This document shows, piece after piece, positions 1 to 13,168 of a stretch of DNA of 64,000 nt (the stretch's first letter is position 1; the number at the start of each line of letters is the position of its first letter). The position numbers and the translations under genes are program-made. The stretch is from Squalus acanthias (Eukaryota): positions 17,238,001 through 17,302,000 of the forward strand of contig CM059433.1 of NCBI GenBank assembly GCA_030390025.1, given 5' to 3'. The notes beneath the pieces are model-generated. The model did not search any database, was not told the origin of the DNA, and saw nothing but the letters and a program-made list of their open reading frames with translations.

Positions 1-199
1 TGAGACTATGTTTGAGGAATACGCAGTACATTGGCTGCAGCAGGAAGCTTCCACAGCCTGGGGAGATCTGAACCAAACTGGCACATTGCCCACTAAGAGA
101 GAAGCAAAGAAGTTACATCATGTGATCTTGGATACTCCACTCATAAAGCATAGACTCACATCATCAAACTCAGTGTTTGACGAGAGGAGTCCCTGGCAG
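1..199 (+). CDS. Candidate host coding exon, 5' end cut by the window, product unknown
   Basis: Non-repeat open frame ETMFEEYAVHWLQQE...DERSPWQ ending at CAG|GTATTA, a phase-0 donor at 199/200. No family recognised. Confidence 0.4.
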
Positions 200-1312
200 G
201 TATTACTCTAGTTTGAGAACTGCCTCTCATGATAGACCTGTGTTCTTGAGGCTTAACTGCAGTCGGGGCATGGAGCTTTCTGTGGGTGCATTAAATATTT
301 AGGGAGATCATTCCAGGTACTTTAATACAATCAGTAGGGTTGCTATCACATCTGCACTCTTTTCTGATACCCCAATAACCAGATGTTTTTGCAGTGGGGT
401 TTCTCTGTATCATAGAGTTTTGCTACTATAGATTTTTCTGCTTCAGAGGTTGTGCAATTGTTCCTCCAGTTTTGTAAGGCAGTTCATTACATTACAAACA
501 CGGCTTGGAGTAAAATTGCATGTTGTTGGATTCCCTTTTTACACCTGGAACTTCTGTCAACACAGTGGGCGTCATTTGGTCTTTAACGCATGAACGGTGC
601 TGATAATTAATTAAACTATTTCACTTGGACAATAAGGTAAAGGGCACAACTACAAAATTCTCAATCTGAGCTTCAAGGAAGATTAGGGATTGGAAACCCT
701 CCCCCCCCCCCCCCCATTTACAGGGTAGTGTATATAGTAGAGACTGTCAGAAAGGGTAGTTGAATTGGAGTAATTTAACACCTTCAAAAGCAAACTGGAT
801 TGATCCCTTTTGAGAAGGGGGATTAAGGGCTATAGAGTTGTTAATAGAATTGTTTGATTTTTTTTTTAGGGGAGGTGAAGAATGAAATGTACCCTTAGAG
901 CAGGGAATCAGCAGGTGATGGTGGTGAGGAGGATAAGTTTAAAATAGAATAAGCATCACCGATTCTGGATGGTGTAGGCTTGATGGGCCGAAAAGTCTTT
1001 TCTTGCCACAGTACATAAGAATTAGGAGCAGGAGTAGGCCATACGGCCCCTCGAGCCTGCTCTGCAGGCCTCAGCAATAAAAAACGGAAGTCGAGAGAAG
1101 GTTGCTCCAAAGATGCCATCAAAACTTCCCTTAGGATTTCGGTACATAATTGTGTGTGAGATTGTTTTTCTGGAAATCACTACCAGTTGGAGTGTGTTAG
1201 TCATTTTAACGATCATGCAGGGACTGCGCATATTACAGAATATTTTATAGCCTGTTTAGCTGGGGACCCAGTTCAGCTTTACGTATAGATTGTGTTGATT
1301 TTATTTTTTAAA

Positions 1313-1821
1313 AGCTGTGACCGTACACAGTCACGTGACTGGCAACCTCACAGGAAATGACATCTGATATTTGGTCCAAAGAGGACAAGAACTTTTTCTG
1401 TGCTGTTTTGGACACCCAGGCTTTTCAACAAATTTGTCCAAAAGTAGAATTTCAAGATGATAATGCTTACCCCATATTCAAACAGTATTTCTGGGAGTTT
1501 GGCTAGTGGCCATAGATCTGTACAGCACATACTTGTACACAAGCATATTGCTTTCACACCAAAGTACAGGTGACTCACCATTCTGGGAATAGGTTGCTGA
1601 AATAGCCAAGTAGGAAACCCAGGATTTCTTGTCAATTAACAAAAATATGGCTGTCAGATTTTTTTGCAGGATTTGCCCTTTATTGGGCTTAATCTCTAAC
1701 ATATCCAGATGCAGTTTGTTTATCACTGGATCTTTCTGCAGCATTTCAGAAAGGGTTTGTGGAAATATTTCGCTATTGCATTCCTTAGAGATCAAACAAT
1801 CTATAGTGTATAGGAACAGCT
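1313..1821. mobile_element. Possible old non-autonomous DNA transposon (Kolobok-like?)
   Basis: Imperfect terminal inverted repeats AGCTGTGACCGTACAC (1313-1328) and GTGTATAGGAACAGCT (1806-1821), 12/16 match. TTAA lies just left. Contains the palindrome CAGTCACGTGACTG (1328-1341). Confidence 0.3.
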
Positions 1822-1873
1822 GTAGCTAACCTGACATTATAGGGTTAATGTCTCTGCAGGGTTTGGAGATGAT

Positions 1874-2719
1874 GGCCTGGATTTTCCAAGCCCCGAGGAG
1901 GCGGGCATGGAGGCGGGACAGCCGGTAAACTCGGAGAAAGTGGGGGCGGATGGCAAACCCGCCCCCATCCTGCCTCCGTGCCCTTTTGCCAGGAGGTGGG
2001 AAGATGTGCTGCCTCGGGTCCCATCTCCTGGAGGCGGGAAAGGCATTTAATCCTTTTAACTGCCTGTTAACAGTTAGTTAACAGGCAGAAAAAAGGATTA
2101 GTGCCATTTTACCTTCACAGGTGAAGGCTTCTCGACCTCGGAGAACCCCATTGGGTTGGAGGAAACGTGAAGGAGGTCTGCGGCGGTCGGAGGCACCTGG
2201 AAGTAAGGTGTAGAGGTGAGTGATGGGTGCAAGTGTGGAGTGGTAAGTATGGAAGGTGAGTGATAAGTTTAAAAAAATGTTCACTTACCTTGTTTTCTTT
2301 CTATAGCCTTCAGCCGTGGTGGATCGGGAGAGCCGACATCCTCCTTGTCAATTTCACAGACTGGCTGTTGGAACCTCTGAACCAACAGCCATGTGAAATT
2401 TACAAAGTTGAAAGGTTTGATGAGTCCTCAACAGAAGGACTCATCAAACTAAAGAGTATGTCAGTATTTGACAGCTTCACAGAGCTGTCAAACGCTGACA
2501 TTTCTTCTTTCAAGAAGTCTTGACAGATAGCACATCTGACATTCACGTGCTCTGTCAGTGACTTCCTCCCTAATTGGCCTGCTGAGCCCACAGGGCGGGC
2601 TTAACAAGGTCAATCAGGGGAAAATCCCTCTGGTTGGACAGGCAAGGATGGAGGCGGGACATTGACATGACAAGCAGCAGTCCCGCCTCCAACTCGTCTC
2701 CATTAACAAAATCCAGCCC
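1874..2719. mobile_element. Harbinger-type non-autonomous element (MITE)
   Basis: TIRs GGCCTGGATTTT / AAAATCCAGCCC, flanked by 3-bp TSD GAT. Confidence 0.8.
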
Positions 2720-2825
2720 GATAAGTCGGCTTAGAGTTTAAAATGCCATTAAACCAAATATCTATCACCTTTTAGTTAGGTTCTGGAGACAAATCTGTTA
2801 ATAGCAATATGCCAAGTACTAAATT

Positions 2826-5040
2826 TCAATTTAAGGAGGGTCTTAAAGGAGGAGAGAGAGGTGGGGAGGCAGAGGGTTTAGAGAAGACATTCCAGACCTT
2901 GGCGCCTAGATGGCTGAATGCACAGGCGCCAATGGTGGGGCAAAGGGAATGGGGGCACACAAGAGGCCAGAGTTGAATGAACCTGGGGATCTCGGAAGGT
3001 TGTAGGGTTGGAGAAGGTGACAGAGATATGGAGGCGCGAAGCCATGAAGGGATTTGAACACTAGGATGAAAATTTGAAATTGGAAGTTTTGTGGGGACCG
3101 AGAGCCAATGTAGGTCAGCGATCACAGGGCAAGATGGGCACAGATTTGGGAGGTGACAACACTTTCAAGATCTTTGGAGAGGAAGGAAAATTGGAGACGG
3201 GGGCGGTAGTTTTCAAGGACAGAGAGGTTGATGGTGGGTTTTTTGAGAAGGGGGATGATGAAGATTTTGAAAGGGAGTGGTACAATGCATGAGTAGAGGG
3301 AACCCTTTACAATGTTAGCTACCATGGAAGCCAGGAAGGGATGTTGAGTGGTTAGCAGTTTTCTCTCATCAAAGTCACAAATGACATCCTTAGTAACTGT
3401 GAAAAAGGTAAACTATCCCTCCTCGTCCTTTTCGACCTGTCTACAGCCTTTGACACGGTTGACCACTCCATCCTCCTCCAACGCCTTCCCACCGTCGTCC
3501 AGCTGGGTGAGACTGCACTCGCCTTGTTCCATTCTTATCTATCTAATCGTAACCAGAGAATCACCTGCAATGGCTTCTCTTCCTGGTCCTGCATTGTTAT
3601 CTTTGGTGTCCCCCAAGGATCTATCCTTGGCCCCCTCCTATTTCTCATCTACATGTTGCCCCTCGGCGACATCATCCAAAAACACAGCATCAGTTTCCAC
3701 ATGTACGCTGACAACACCCAGCTCTACCTCACCATCACTTCTCTCAACCCCTCCACTGTCTCTAAATTGTCAGACTGCTTGTCCGGTACTGGATGAGGAG
3801 AAATTTTCACCAATTAAATATTGGGAAGACCGAAACCATTGTCTTCGGTCTCCGCCACAAACTCAGTTCCCCAGCCACCGACTCCGTCCCTCTCCCTAGC
3901 ATCTGTCTGAGGCTGAACCAGACTGTTCGCAACCTTGGTGTCATATTTGACCCTGAAATGAGCTTCCGACCACATATCTGTGGCATGACTAAGACCGCCT
4001 ACTTCCACCTCCGTAGCATCGCCCTTCTCCGTCCTTGCCTCAGCTCATCCGCTGCTGAAACCCTCATCCATGCCTTTGTTACCTCTAGACTTGACTATCC
4101 AATGCACTCCTGGCTGGCCTCCCACGTTCTACCCTACGTAAACTTGAGGTTCTCCAAAACTCGGCTGCCCATGTCCTAACTCGCACAAAGTCCTGTTCAC
4201 CCATCACCCCTGTGCTCGCTGACCTATATTGGCTCCCGGTTAAGCAACACATCGATTTTAAAATTCTCATCCTTGTTTTCAAATCCCTCCATGGCCTCGC
4301 CCCTTCCTATCTCTGTAACATCCTCCAGCCCCACAACCTCCCAAGATATTTGTGCTCCTCTAATTCAGCCCTCTTGAGCATCCCTGATTTTAATCGCTCA
4401 ACCATTCGTGGCTGTACCTTCAGCTGCCTAGGCCCTAAGCTCTGGAATTCCCTGCCTAAACCTCTCCACCTCTCTACCTCTCTTTCCTCCTTTAAGACGC
4501 CTACCTCTTTGACCAAGCTTTTTGTCATCTGCCCTAATTTCTCCTTATGTAGCTCGGTGTCAAATTTTTTGTCTTATAATACTCCTGTGAAGCGCCTTGA
4601 GATGTTGTACTATGTTAAAGGCGCTATATAAATACAAGTTGTTGTTGTTGTCTTGTAGGACTGGGGTCAAGAGAGCAGGAAGTGGGTCTCATGGACAAGT
4701 TGAGCTCGGAGAGGGCATGAGGGGAGATAGGAGGGAAACTAGAGAAAGATGTGGGTTCAAGGCTGAGGTAGAGGGGACATTGGAGGAAGTTTGGCTGGGT
4801 GGGAAGGGGGCATTGTGGCAGAGGCAGCTGGATGGATGATTTGAATCTTAGTGACAAAAAAGTTAGTGAGCTCCTCGCAATTGTCGGAGGTGCGGCAAAA
4901 GGGGCAGGGGAGAAGGGTAAATTAAGCCTGGGGTTGTCTTTGCATTCCAGGATGATCCTGGAGTAACGAGCAGTTTTGGTAGAGGAGAGCAAGGTACAAT
5001 AGTGCTCGATGTGGTCTCGCCAGATTGGGCGATAGATGCA
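2826..5040 (-). mobile_element. Decayed L2-clade LINE fragments, split by a younger opposite-strand L2
   Basis: Minus-strand peptides ADLHWL and ENYRP..FSFLSK.LE.VV.SQ. The sequence resumes after 4650 in register with where it stops near 3360. Confidence 0.75.
3361..4650 (+). mobile_element. 5'-truncated L2-clade LINE (RT plus 3' end), frameshifted
   Basis: GVPQGSILGPLLFLIYMLPL, HMYADNTQLY, LIHAFVTSRLDY, LYWLPVKQHIDFKIL; ends in a (TTG)n tail. Confidence 0.92.
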
Positions 5041-5839
5041 AGGTGTTGCAGATGGCAACCATAAGACCTCAGGGTTCACCACATCAATCCTATGGCTTAC
5101 ATGTAAAGAAAGGGTTTGCACTCAGTTAATGTTCAGATGGTACCTGACCACAAAAATAGCATAATGCATGTCAATGGCCATTATCCAGAAACATACAAAA
5201 ATGAAGGAAGGAAAAGACCTGATGGTTCAACCACGCAATTTCCTGGGAGGGGCCAAAAATACACTGAAGAAACCATTGGTCAATTTAAGCAGACACTTTG
5301 GGGAAATTCCCCTCTGTTCCCTGCAGGCAATCAAGTGAGTTCCAGGAGACCATGGTGACCAGGAAACACATTTACCTTCTATATGTAGTTATGTTGGCCA
5401 CAACCAGGAACTGGTGGAGCTCCTTTTTGAATGCTTGCAGCAAATGCACAGTTACTGCACATGCCAGCAACTTGTTCCATGGGGTACACCCTGACGTCAC
5501 ATTTAGTTTAATGCTTACATAACTTTTACCTCGTATCCCCTGGTCCTCCTAACCTATCTAGTTCGAATAGCTTATCCACATGGACCAAATATACTTCCTT
5601 TATTATTTTAAATACCTCAATCAAATATCCTTGAAGTCTATGCTTTTCTGGAATAAACCTCCCAGATTTTTAGCTTAGCTTAGTAACTAAGGGCCTTTAA
5701 ATTAGGCATTAATCTATGATCCTCCTCTAAACCATGTCCAGGGCCTCTGTATTGTCGACCGTGTAAAGGGGACCAAAACTGGACACAGTATTCTACTTGA
5801 GATACTGTATTACAGAGACAACATAGTATTTCTTGTGAT

Positions 5840-5975
5840 TAAAAGTAGAAAATGTTGGAAACACTCTGCAGTTCAGGTAGCAGCGGTGGAGAGAGGAAGG
5901 TAGGGTTAATAATTCAAGCTCTGGGTTCTGATGAAAGGTCATAAGCCCTGAAATGTTAGCCCTATTTTCCTCTCT
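5840..5975. mobile_element. Old Penelope-like element end, inverted pair
   Basis: Decayed match to the PLE tail seen at 7350-7490, first reverse then forward. Confidence 0.55.
5923..5962 (+). ncRNA. Minimal type I hammerhead ribozyme-like motif
   Basis: GGGTT-CTGATGA-A-AGG(tcataagc)CCT-GAAA-TGTT-AGCCC. Both core boxes intact, stem I GGGTT/AGCCC, short stem II. Confidence 0.5.
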
Positions 5976-5993
5976 ATATTTTTCTCATCTAAG

Positions 5994-6262
5994 GTCCTTA
6001 TTCCCATGAACTTGCGGACAGTTCTCCTAAAGTCTTCGTCCAGAACATTGATCAAGGTGGTGAAGCCATGATGCCATCAATAAGACGCAGTACATGGTGG
6101 CCACATTTTGGAAGGAGAAGAAACACTGAGGAAGGGGAAATGGCTCTTCGGAGACCAAGGCCGACTTTTGCACGCATGGCTGCTGTCTCCAATGAGAAAA
6201 CCCTTCATAGAAGAGGAGTGCCTTGGGCTGGAAGCGTGAGATATTCTTCATTCTGTCAGTGA
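5994..6262 (+). CDS. Candidate terminal coding exon, product unknown
   Basis: Pyrimidine tract plus TAAG acceptor (AG 5992-5993). Open frame xPYSHELADSSPKVFVQ...RRSTWWPHFGRRR...PWAGSVRYSSFCQ*. AATAAA near 6390. Confidence 0.45.
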
Positions 6263-6739
6263 AGTCCTGGATTCAGCTTAAGGCAAAAGTATTAATAATA
6301 GGGATGCTACAAATAATTAAAGAGCATACCCATGAGTTTTGAAAAAACCGCCGACAGAATTAGCTGATCTGTCATTGGAAGACTAAACAAATAAATAGTG
6401 CTGTTCAACCTGAGTACACATGGCTACTTTCACCAGCGATACTGACCCCCTCCAGTCATGCGTCTTGTGAATCCATAATACAGCTGAGCTTGATGTGATG
6501 GAGGAGAGGAACATGGGTATCAGCCCAGTGCATTCCTACTGAAAGAGCTAGCAGCACCATCAGGTTGTTTGTTCTATTTCCCCATTGTCTGTTTCTGTTA
6601 TCAATTTATTTTTTAGAGATGAGCTTCACATTTAAAGTGTACCTGCTTCACAAAAAGAAAATGCAGATGTGCGACAGGGTGCTTACTCCAGTTTGGACCA
6701 CAATCAAAATTATTTCAACGATTATTATTTGTGAGTACT

Positions 6740-7080
6740 TCCCTGATGGCTCAGTTGGTAAAGGCACTGTGTAACTGAGCCACCCTGGTTTGTGTAGAGA
6801 TTGTCGACTGGCACTTGGGGCGTTACAATTGGCCTCAGCATCCACAGGTTAGAAAGAGGAAAATTAGTCATTGGTTCTCATTCCTGATTGCTATGAAGTG
6901 ACTCTTGCTGTCAGTGCAGATGTGTGGACAAACGATGGAGACAGGATCAGGCTTGGCTGGATTCTCCTCTATGGTCAAATGGCCTCCCATAAAGAATGGC
7001 TGCTTGACTGAGGGAGCTACCTGCACGGAATTGTACTCCAGCGGGAGTTGATGCTTTCAGGGGAGGAGGAGGAGAGGAGA
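6740..7080 (+). mobile_element. Decayed tRNA-derived SINE
   Basis: A-box-like TGGCTCAGTTGG head. Body related to the copies at 8700-8840, 10130-10300 and 22900-23000. Confidence 0.55.
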
Positions 7081-7199
7081 AAATGAGCAAAAACAAATTA
7101 TTTAAACAGAATGACTGGAATCAGAATAAACTTTTAAGAAATATTCTCTGCTTGTCTCAATATTAAAATGATAGCTAAAACACCAGCATTTTTTTTTTA

Positions 7200-7490
7200 C
7201 ACTTCATCTCGAGTCATCTCTTGTTTCTTAACTTGTCCCATTACCATCTCTTTTTGCCTTGCACCGTCGTCCCTTTTGTTCTTTCCTCCCCTCCCCCCTT
7301 TCCCTGCCCCTGCACTTGCTTAAAAATCTGTTACATCTCCAACTTTTTCCAGTTCTGACGAAGGGTCATCGACCTGAAACGTTAACTCTGTTTCTCTCTC
7401 TCCACGGATGCTGCCTGACCTGCTGAGTATTTCCAGCATTTTCTGTTTTTATTTCCGATTTCCAGCATCCGCAGTATTTTGCTTTTGTAT
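7200..7490 (+). mobile_element. Penelope-like element 3' end fragment
   Basis: Same tail as the GIY-YIG-linked copy at 20449-20893. Confidence 0.8.
7351..7387 (+). ncRNA. Minimal type I hammerhead ribozyme (PLE family A)
   Basis: AGTT-CTGACGA-A-GGGTC(atc)GACCT-GAAA-CGTT-AACT. Stem I AGTT/AACT; palindromic AACGTT at stem III; GUU cleavage triplet. Confidence 0.75.
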
Positions 7491-7829
7491 TAACATTTTT
7501 GAACCTCTGGTTTATGTGTGCATTTTGATATTCTTTCTACATCAATTTTTAAGCGATTACCCCATCTTTTAGAACCAAGGAATGCCAAAACATCTTTCAG
7601 AACAGATTTCGACCAAGGATATTTAACGAACTCTGCCACAAGCTCTCAAGTTCCACCATTCACAGACAAATGAGAGGAAACGTCTGTTTTGGCGCTTGCT
7701 GTATTTATCCCTTACTACACTTTGGTGTACGGTGCTGTGTAGCTCGGTGCAAATGCTCTGGTTAGCAGAGTGGATTATACAAGCTCACAGGATAATGAGG
7801 GAGCCATTTGGCACATCTGAGCTCATCCA

Positions 7830-8480
7830 TCCAGAAATACCCCAAAGCCTCCCCAATGCAGCATCCAATTATTTCCAGGGTTTTCACCTCCACTACTCGA
7901 TTTCAAAGCCCGTTCTGTGTGTTGATCACTCTTTGTGTGAAAAAGAACTTCCTGAAATCAGTCCTAAATTTACCTTTTACTAGTTGGAATCCGCGTCCCC
8001 TTATCCTGCTTTCATAATTTATTTTGAAATCATTTTTTGGATTTACCTTTTCCGTACCAATTACTACCTTGCATACCTAAGATCACCTCTCCCGACCCCT
8101 CCCTCAAGGATGAAAACCTCAGGGTTCTCCCGTCTTTCCTCCTAACTCAGACCCTTGACGCGAGGGATCAGCCTTGTGGCCGCATTGCCTCCAGTGCTTG
8201 AATGTCTCCCTTGTGCCTTGGTGGTGGATGCAGCATTCAAGGTGCAGTCGGACCACAGCATTATGCAGTTTGATCATGACTTCCTGCGACTTGTAAGAAG
8301 TAGCCGCAGCAGTAGAATACAACATTCTATTGCCTTTGTTGACTGATTCTCTGCATTGGTTGGGAGGTCTCTTTTCGCTTCATCCAGCGGTATTTCAATA
8401 CCATTCACGGAGTATGGCTGTTGCCATTTTTTCATGCTGTGTGCAAAATTTTTACACTTGTCTGCGCTAAATTTCATCCG
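7830..8480 (-). mobile_element. Decayed CR1 LINE 3' fragment
   Basis: MKFSADKCK and YKSQEVMIKLHNAVVRLHLEC in the ORF track. Confidence 0.7.
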
Positions 8481-8665
8481 ACTGTGTGATAGAGGAGCCA
8501 CAAGGTGGTCGAGCTGAAGATTTAAGGGACTCTTTTTCTTGGGCCTCTGCTGCCCTGAATCAAATCTGGAATTGATTGCCATTTGATTTCTTCATGGTGG
8601 ACCCACTTGTGCTCAGGACAACATACAGGCCTGCTTTCTGCAGGTGTTTGGAGGGTCAGCAGACC

Positions 8666-10348
8666 TGAAGCTTGCAAAGTGGGGTAAATATACCAATTCA
8701 TGTGATTTTGAGTCATACAGCAGATAGGTTCCCAGGTTCGAGCACTAACCGATGTAAAGTTTGTCAGCCTCAGTCAGAATGGTGGTGAGGATGCTGCAAT
8801 TGGTCTGTATTTTTGAGTTAGGAAAGGCAGAAAACTGGAGCACATCATTCTGCCTTCACTCAATGTACGCTTCTATCATAGAGTCATTGAGTTATACAGC
8901 ACAGAAAGAGGCCCATCGTGTCCGCGCCGGCCATCAAGCCCTGTCTATTCTAATCCCATTTTCCAGCACTTGGTCCGTAGCCTTGTATGCTATGGCGTTT
9001 CAAGTGCTCATCTAAATGCTTCTTGAATGTTGTGAGGGTTCCTGCCTCTACCACCCTTTCAGGCACTGAATTCTAGATTCCAACCACCCTCTGGGTGAAA
9101 AAGTTTTTCCTCAAATCCCCTCTAAACCTCCTGCCCCTTACCTTGAAACTATGTCCCCTGGTTATTGACCCCTCTACAAAGGGGAAAAGTTCCTTTCTAT
9201 CTACCCTATCTATGCCCCTCATAATTTTGTACACCTCAATCAGGTCCCCCCTCAGCCTTCTCTGCTCTAAGGAAAACAACCCCAGCCTGTCCAGTCTCTC
9301 TTCATAGCTGAAGCGCTGCAGCCCAGGTAACATCCTGGTGAATCTCCTCTGCAGCCTCTCCAATGCAATCACATCTTTCCTATAGTGTGGCGACCAGGAC
9401 TGCACACAGTATTCCAGTTGTGGCCTAACTAGCGTTTTGTACAGCTCCATCATAACCTCCCTGCTCTTATATTCTATGCCTCGGCTAATGAAGGCAAGTA
9501 TCCCATCTGCCTTTTTAACCACCTTATCTACCTGCCTGCTGCCTTCAGGGATCTATGTACATGCACACCAAGGTCCCTCTGATCCTCTGTCCTTCCTAGG
9601 GTCCTACCATTCACTGTGTATTCCCTTGCCTTGTTAGTCCTCCCAAAATGCATCACCTCACTTTTCAGGGTTAAATTCCATTTGCCACTGTTCTGCCCAT
9701 CTGACCAACCCGTCTATATCGTCCTGCAGCCTAAGGCTTCCCTCCTCGCTATTTACCACTCCACCAATTTTCGTGTCATCTGCGAACTTACTGATCATAC
9801 CTCCTACATTCATATCTAAATCATTAATGTACACTACAAACAGCAAAGGACCCAGCACTGATCCCTGCGGTACACCACTGGACACAGGCTTCCAGTCACT
9901 AAAACAACCTTCGACTATCACCCTCTGCCTCCTGCCAATAAGCCAATTTTGGATCCAATGTGCCAAGTTGCCCTGGATTCCATGGGCTCTTACCTTCTTG
10001 ACCAGTCTCCCATGCGGGTCTTTGTCAAAAGCCTTACTGAAGTCCATGTAGACTACATCAACTGCACGACCCTCATCCACACACCTAGTCACCCCCTCGA
10101 AAAATTCAATCAAATTAGTCAGACATGTACACTTGTATCAGGGGTCACAGATAGTAATCAAAAGCAGGAATATGTCCAGTTTTCTGCCTTTCCTAACTCA
10201 AGAACACAGACCAATTGCAGCATCCTCACCACCATTCTGACTGAGGCTGACAAACTTTACATAGGTTAGTGCTCGAACCTGGGAACCTATCTGCTGCATA
10301 ACTCAAAATCACATGAGTTGGTATATTTACCCCACTTTGCAAGCTTCA
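8666..10348. repeat. 174-bp inverted duplication (8666-8839 / 10175-10348) bracketing a CR1
   Basis: The two arms are reverse complements with 6 substitutions by eye. Confidence 0.9.
8875..10125 (-). mobile_element. 5'-truncated CR1 LINE
   Basis: VDVVYMDFSKAFDK, GVPQGSVLGPLLF, KFADDTK, RPQLEYCVQ.W, NFFTQRVV. Confidence 0.95.
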
Positions 10349-10724
10349 TCATAGGCACTGTTTCCAAGCACTCCCCCCCAGCACGTTTCAAATAATGGTA
10401 ATGCTTAGGGCCATTTGACATTCAGATGTAGATCAATACATACAGGTGCAGTATGGGCAAGACGTACCAACTGCACTGTAGCTAACATTCAGATGTGCAG
10501 AGAAAGAAAAATTCAGTAAAATATTATTGGAGCAGTACATCCAGTGTAGTCAATAGATAATGCAATCATCTACAGAATACTTTGAGCTTTCTTGGGTGTC
10601 TTCCATTCCTACTCCCTTCCCCCCACCTCCACAATACTTCTGAAATCAAAGTTGCACACTTGTGCTACAACATTGGCAGACCAGCCATCTTTACCACCTG
10701 CTGAACCTGCTGTACTAGTACCTT

Positions 10725-12812
10725 AAGGCATTGGAACATTTCTGGACTGATGCTGCTGAAACTTTGACAGATTGTGTAGGATGTGGTATTTGGCAACAGT
10801 GGATTGCACTGATTGGTTTTTTTTCACAGTAGGTAGGTAGAGATGTGATTTAGCAAAAGTGGACTGGAAGCAGCTACTTGAAGGTAAATCTGTGTCAGAG
10901 CAGTGGGAGGCATTCAAGGAGGAGATAGTGAGGGTTCAGAGCAAACATGTTCCCACAAAGAAATAGGATGGGACTCCCAAATCTAGAGCCCCCTGGATGT
11001 CAAGGGGAATACAGGGTAGGATAAGCATAAAAGGGAAGCTTATGCCAGATACTGAGAGCTAATTACTGCAGAAAGCCTGGAGGAGTACAGAAAGTGCAGG
11101 GGTGAAATTAAAAAGGAAATTAGGAAAGTGAAGAGAGGGCATGAAAAAATATTGGCAAGTAAAATCAAGGGAAACCCAAAGATGTTTTATAAATATACAA
11201 AGAGCAAGAGGATAACGAAAGAAAGAGTAAGGCCTATTAGAGACCAAAAAGGTAACTTGTGCATTGAGGTGGAAGACATGGGTATGGTTCTTAATGAATA
11301 CTTTGCGTCTGTCTTCACAAAAGAGAGGGACGATGCAGAAATTGTAGTTAAGGAGGAGGAGTGTGAAATATTAGACATGATAAACATAGTGAGAGAGGAA
11401 ATATTAAGGGGTTTAGCATCTTTGAAAGTAGATGAATAACCAGGCCTGGATGAAATGTATCCCAGGCTGTTTAGAGAAGCAAGGGGGGAAATAGCATAGG
11501 CTCTGACTGTCATTTTTCAATCCTCTCTGGCTACAGGTGTGGTACTGGAGGACAGCTAACGTTGTACCGTTGTTTAAAAAAGAAGAAAGGCATAGACCAA
11601 GTAATTATAGGCCAGTCAACCTAACCTTGGTTGTGGGCAAATTATTGGAAAAAATTCTGAGGGACAGTATTAATTGTCATTTAGAAAGGCACGAATTAAT
11701 CAAGGACAATCAGCATGGATTTGTTAAGGGAAGGTCGTGTCTGACTAAATTGATTGAATTTTTTGAGGAGGTAACAAGGAGGGTTGATGAGGGTAGCGCG
11801 TTTGATGTAGTCTACATGGATTTTAGCATGGCTTTTGACAAGGTCCCACATGGCAGACTGGTCAGAAAATTAAAAGCCCACAGGATCCAAGGGAAAGTGG
11901 CAAGTTGGATCCAAAATTGGCTCAGTGGCAGGAAGCAAAGGGTAATGGTCGATGCATGTGACTGGAAGGCTGTTTCCAGTGGGGCTCCGCAGGGCTCTGT
12001 ACTAGGTCTCTTGCTTTTTGTGGTATATTTCAATGATTTAGACTTCAATGTAGGGGGCATGATTAAGAAGTTTGCAGATGATACAAAAATTGGCCGTGTG
12101 GTTTATAGTGAAGAAGAAAGCTGTAGACTGCAGAAAGATATCAATGGACTGGTTAGGTGGGCAGAAAAGTGGCAAATGGAATTCAATCAGGAAAAGTGTG
12201 AGGTAATGTATTTGGGGAGGACTAACAAGGCAAGGGAATACACAATAAATGGTAGGATACTGAGAAGTGTAGAGGAACAGTGGGTCCTTGGAATACATGT
12301 CCACAGATCCCTGAAAGTAGCAGGACAGGCAGATAAGGTGGTTAATAAGGTATAGGGGATACGTTCCTTTATTAGCCGAGACACAGAATCTAAGAGCCAG
12401 GAGGTTATTTTTGCTATGAGGAAAGATTGGATAAGCTGGGGTTGTTTTCTTTGGAGCAGAGGAGGCTGAGGAAAGACTTAATTGCGGTGTATAAAATTAT
12501 GAGGGGCCTAAATAGAGTGGATAGGAAGGACCTATTTCCCTTACCAGAGAGGTCAATAACCGGGGACATAGATTTAAAGTAATTGGTAGGAAGATTAGAG
12601 GGGAGTTGAGGAGAACTTTTTTCACCCAGAGGGTGGTGGGGGTCTGGAATTCACCACCTGAAAGGGTGGTAGAGGCAGAAACCCTCATCACATTTAACAA
12701 GTACTTGGATGTGCACTTGAAGTGCCGTAACCTACAGGGCTATGGACCAAGAGCTGGAAAGTGGATAGCTCTTTTCGGCCTCCTTCTGTGCCGTAAATTT
12801 CTATGACTCTAT
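10725..12812 (+). mobile_element. CR1 LINE ORF2 remnant plus 3' UTR
   Basis: NYRPVNLT, QHGFVKGRSCLT, KFADDTK; frameshifts and an internal deletion near 12415. Confidence 0.95.
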
Positions 12813-13168
12813 AGGTACATGTTGATGATTACTATATGTGACTTGACTTGAGTAGAAGAAAAATATGTTACCATGTGGGTGTCAAATAATTTATAGATCT
12901 GGATGGAAATTGTGTTGATCTCCTCTGTAGTTCACAACTATACCTGTTCAATGTAATAAAGGCAGCTCAAAAAATAAGTGAGGTATTCTTTCTGACCTGA
13001 TCCAGCACATTGGAAATGGAAGTGGGGTATGGTAATCCAGTTTTTCTGCTTGGCATATGAGGGCCGATTTTCCGGCACCAGTTGAGCAAGCACGGGAAGG
13101 AGAATCAGCTGAGGAGGCCTTAGGCCTGTTTTCTCGCCTGATGCCTAGACAATGCCATTCTCCAGCCA

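Noticed and set aside
6740..6790. tRNA gene
   Set aside because: A-box only, no cloverleaf; it is a SINE head.
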